Under the pieces are notes generated by a model. The model was not told the DNA's origin and searched no databases. It saw nothing but the letters and a program-made list of their open reading frames with translations. A stretch of 64,000 nucleotides of DNA. Origin: an uncultured Gammaproteobacteria bacterium (lineage in GTDB: Bacteria > Patescibacteriota > Patescibacteriia > UBA11705 > DATKZF01). Below are positions 63,488 to 64,000 of this stretch, piece after piece. The stretch is from assembly GCA_964411255.1 (NCBI GenBank), contig CAYPKD010000003.1, positions 92,439 to 156,438 on the forward strand, given 5' to 3'. The stretch's first letter is position 1, and every line of letters begins with the position of its first letter. Position numbers and translations under genes: made by a program.

Positions 63488-64000
63488 AATGACAGCAGAA
63501 GATAAAAAAAGTGTAAAAAAATTTAAAGGCGTACTGTTTACAGTGGCGATTGTTTTTTTATTATTGGCTTTTGTTATTGGAGCTGTTTCAATTTATCAGA
63601 ATGTTCATCAGGAAAAAATTTATACTACAGTTTCAGTTGGAGATGTGAAGTTGGCAAAGATGTCTATTGAAGAGGCGAGTGAAGTTTTACAAACATCATT
63701 TAGGCAGACTTATAAAGACGGTTTTACTTTTTATTATGGAGATCAGGAAGTTACTATTTTAAATAATTACGAAGTAATTCAAGGAGTGGAAAGATCCATT
63801 TTAGAAGTGGATTTTGAAAAAACAGCTCAAAATGCATTTTGGGTGGGACGCTCTGGTAAAATATTTGTTGATTTAAAAGATCAATTGCTAACATTTTTAG
63901 GAGCAAAGAAAATTAAACCGGAAATTAAATTTGATAAGGAATATTTAAAGCAGCAATTAATAGAAAATTTTCAGCAATTCGAGGATCGGGCAGAATCAGC
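63488..64000 (+). CDS. Membrane-anchored protein, partial (runs off window end); possibly VanW/YoaR-like
   Basis: N-terminal TM helix then a soluble domain. 3' truncated. Weak family guess. Confidence 0.35.

Noticed and set aside
1-64000. CRISPR arrays, transposases, phage integrases or structural genes
   Set aside because: No spacer-repeat periodicity, no DDE/HUH transposase or phage gene motifs were seen. The only recombinase is a XerD-like tyrosine recombinase in a housekeeping context.

Overview
This 64 kb window is an AT-rich (roughly 30-35% GC) bacterial chromosome segment that spans the replication-origin neighbourhood. The arrangement rpmH-rnpA-yidD divergent from dnaA-dnaN has DnaA boxes on both sides of dnaA. 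Gene content is mostly housekeeping: ruvB, an RNase J-like MBL hydrolase, rnc, nusB, rpsO, an NYN-domain gene, pnp, lspA, a comM/yifB-like ATPase, tig, hup, csp, nfo, tsaC, ymdB, hsp20 and an ABC-F ATPase. There is a cell-envelope polysaccharide locus: a XerD-like recombinase, a GT4 glycosyltransferase, two tandem O-antigen-ligase-like TPR membrane proteins, a WbaP-like sugar transferase and a Wzx-like flippase at the window start. A CcdA plus secreted thioredoxin module and a LysM/M23 peptidase are also present. Many small hypothetical membrane or secreted proteins sit behind strong Shine-Dalgarno sites. The compact, small-protein, low-GC style suggests a reduced-genome lineage, possibly Patescibacteria/CPR-like; this is inference only. 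Ten tRNA genes fall in three clusters, mostly on the minus strand. They share conserved GC-rich leader and trailer hairpin elements, and there is a fragmented second copy of tRNA-Arg(TCG). The most unusual content is in short GC-rich islands embedded in the AT-rich background. (i) A two-gene RiPP-like locus: a 70-aa Cys/Gly/Pro-rich precursor-like ORF with a strong SD, an intergenic attenuator-like hairpin, and a radical-SAM/SPASM enzyme with an N-terminal PqqD-like (RRE) region (44012-45540). (ii) A roughly 0.85 kb island with host-atypical codon usage carrying one 239-aa ORF of unknown function, with its own promoter, a doubly hair-pinned 5' UTR and a strong terminator (20300-21200). (iii) A roughly 300-nt GC-rich, terminator-ended non-coding region next to an inverted pair of perfect DnaA boxes (27172-27726). 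Several short repeat families, putative operators or leaders and terminator hairpin families are also reported. Hand-derived coordinates may be off by a few nucleotides.
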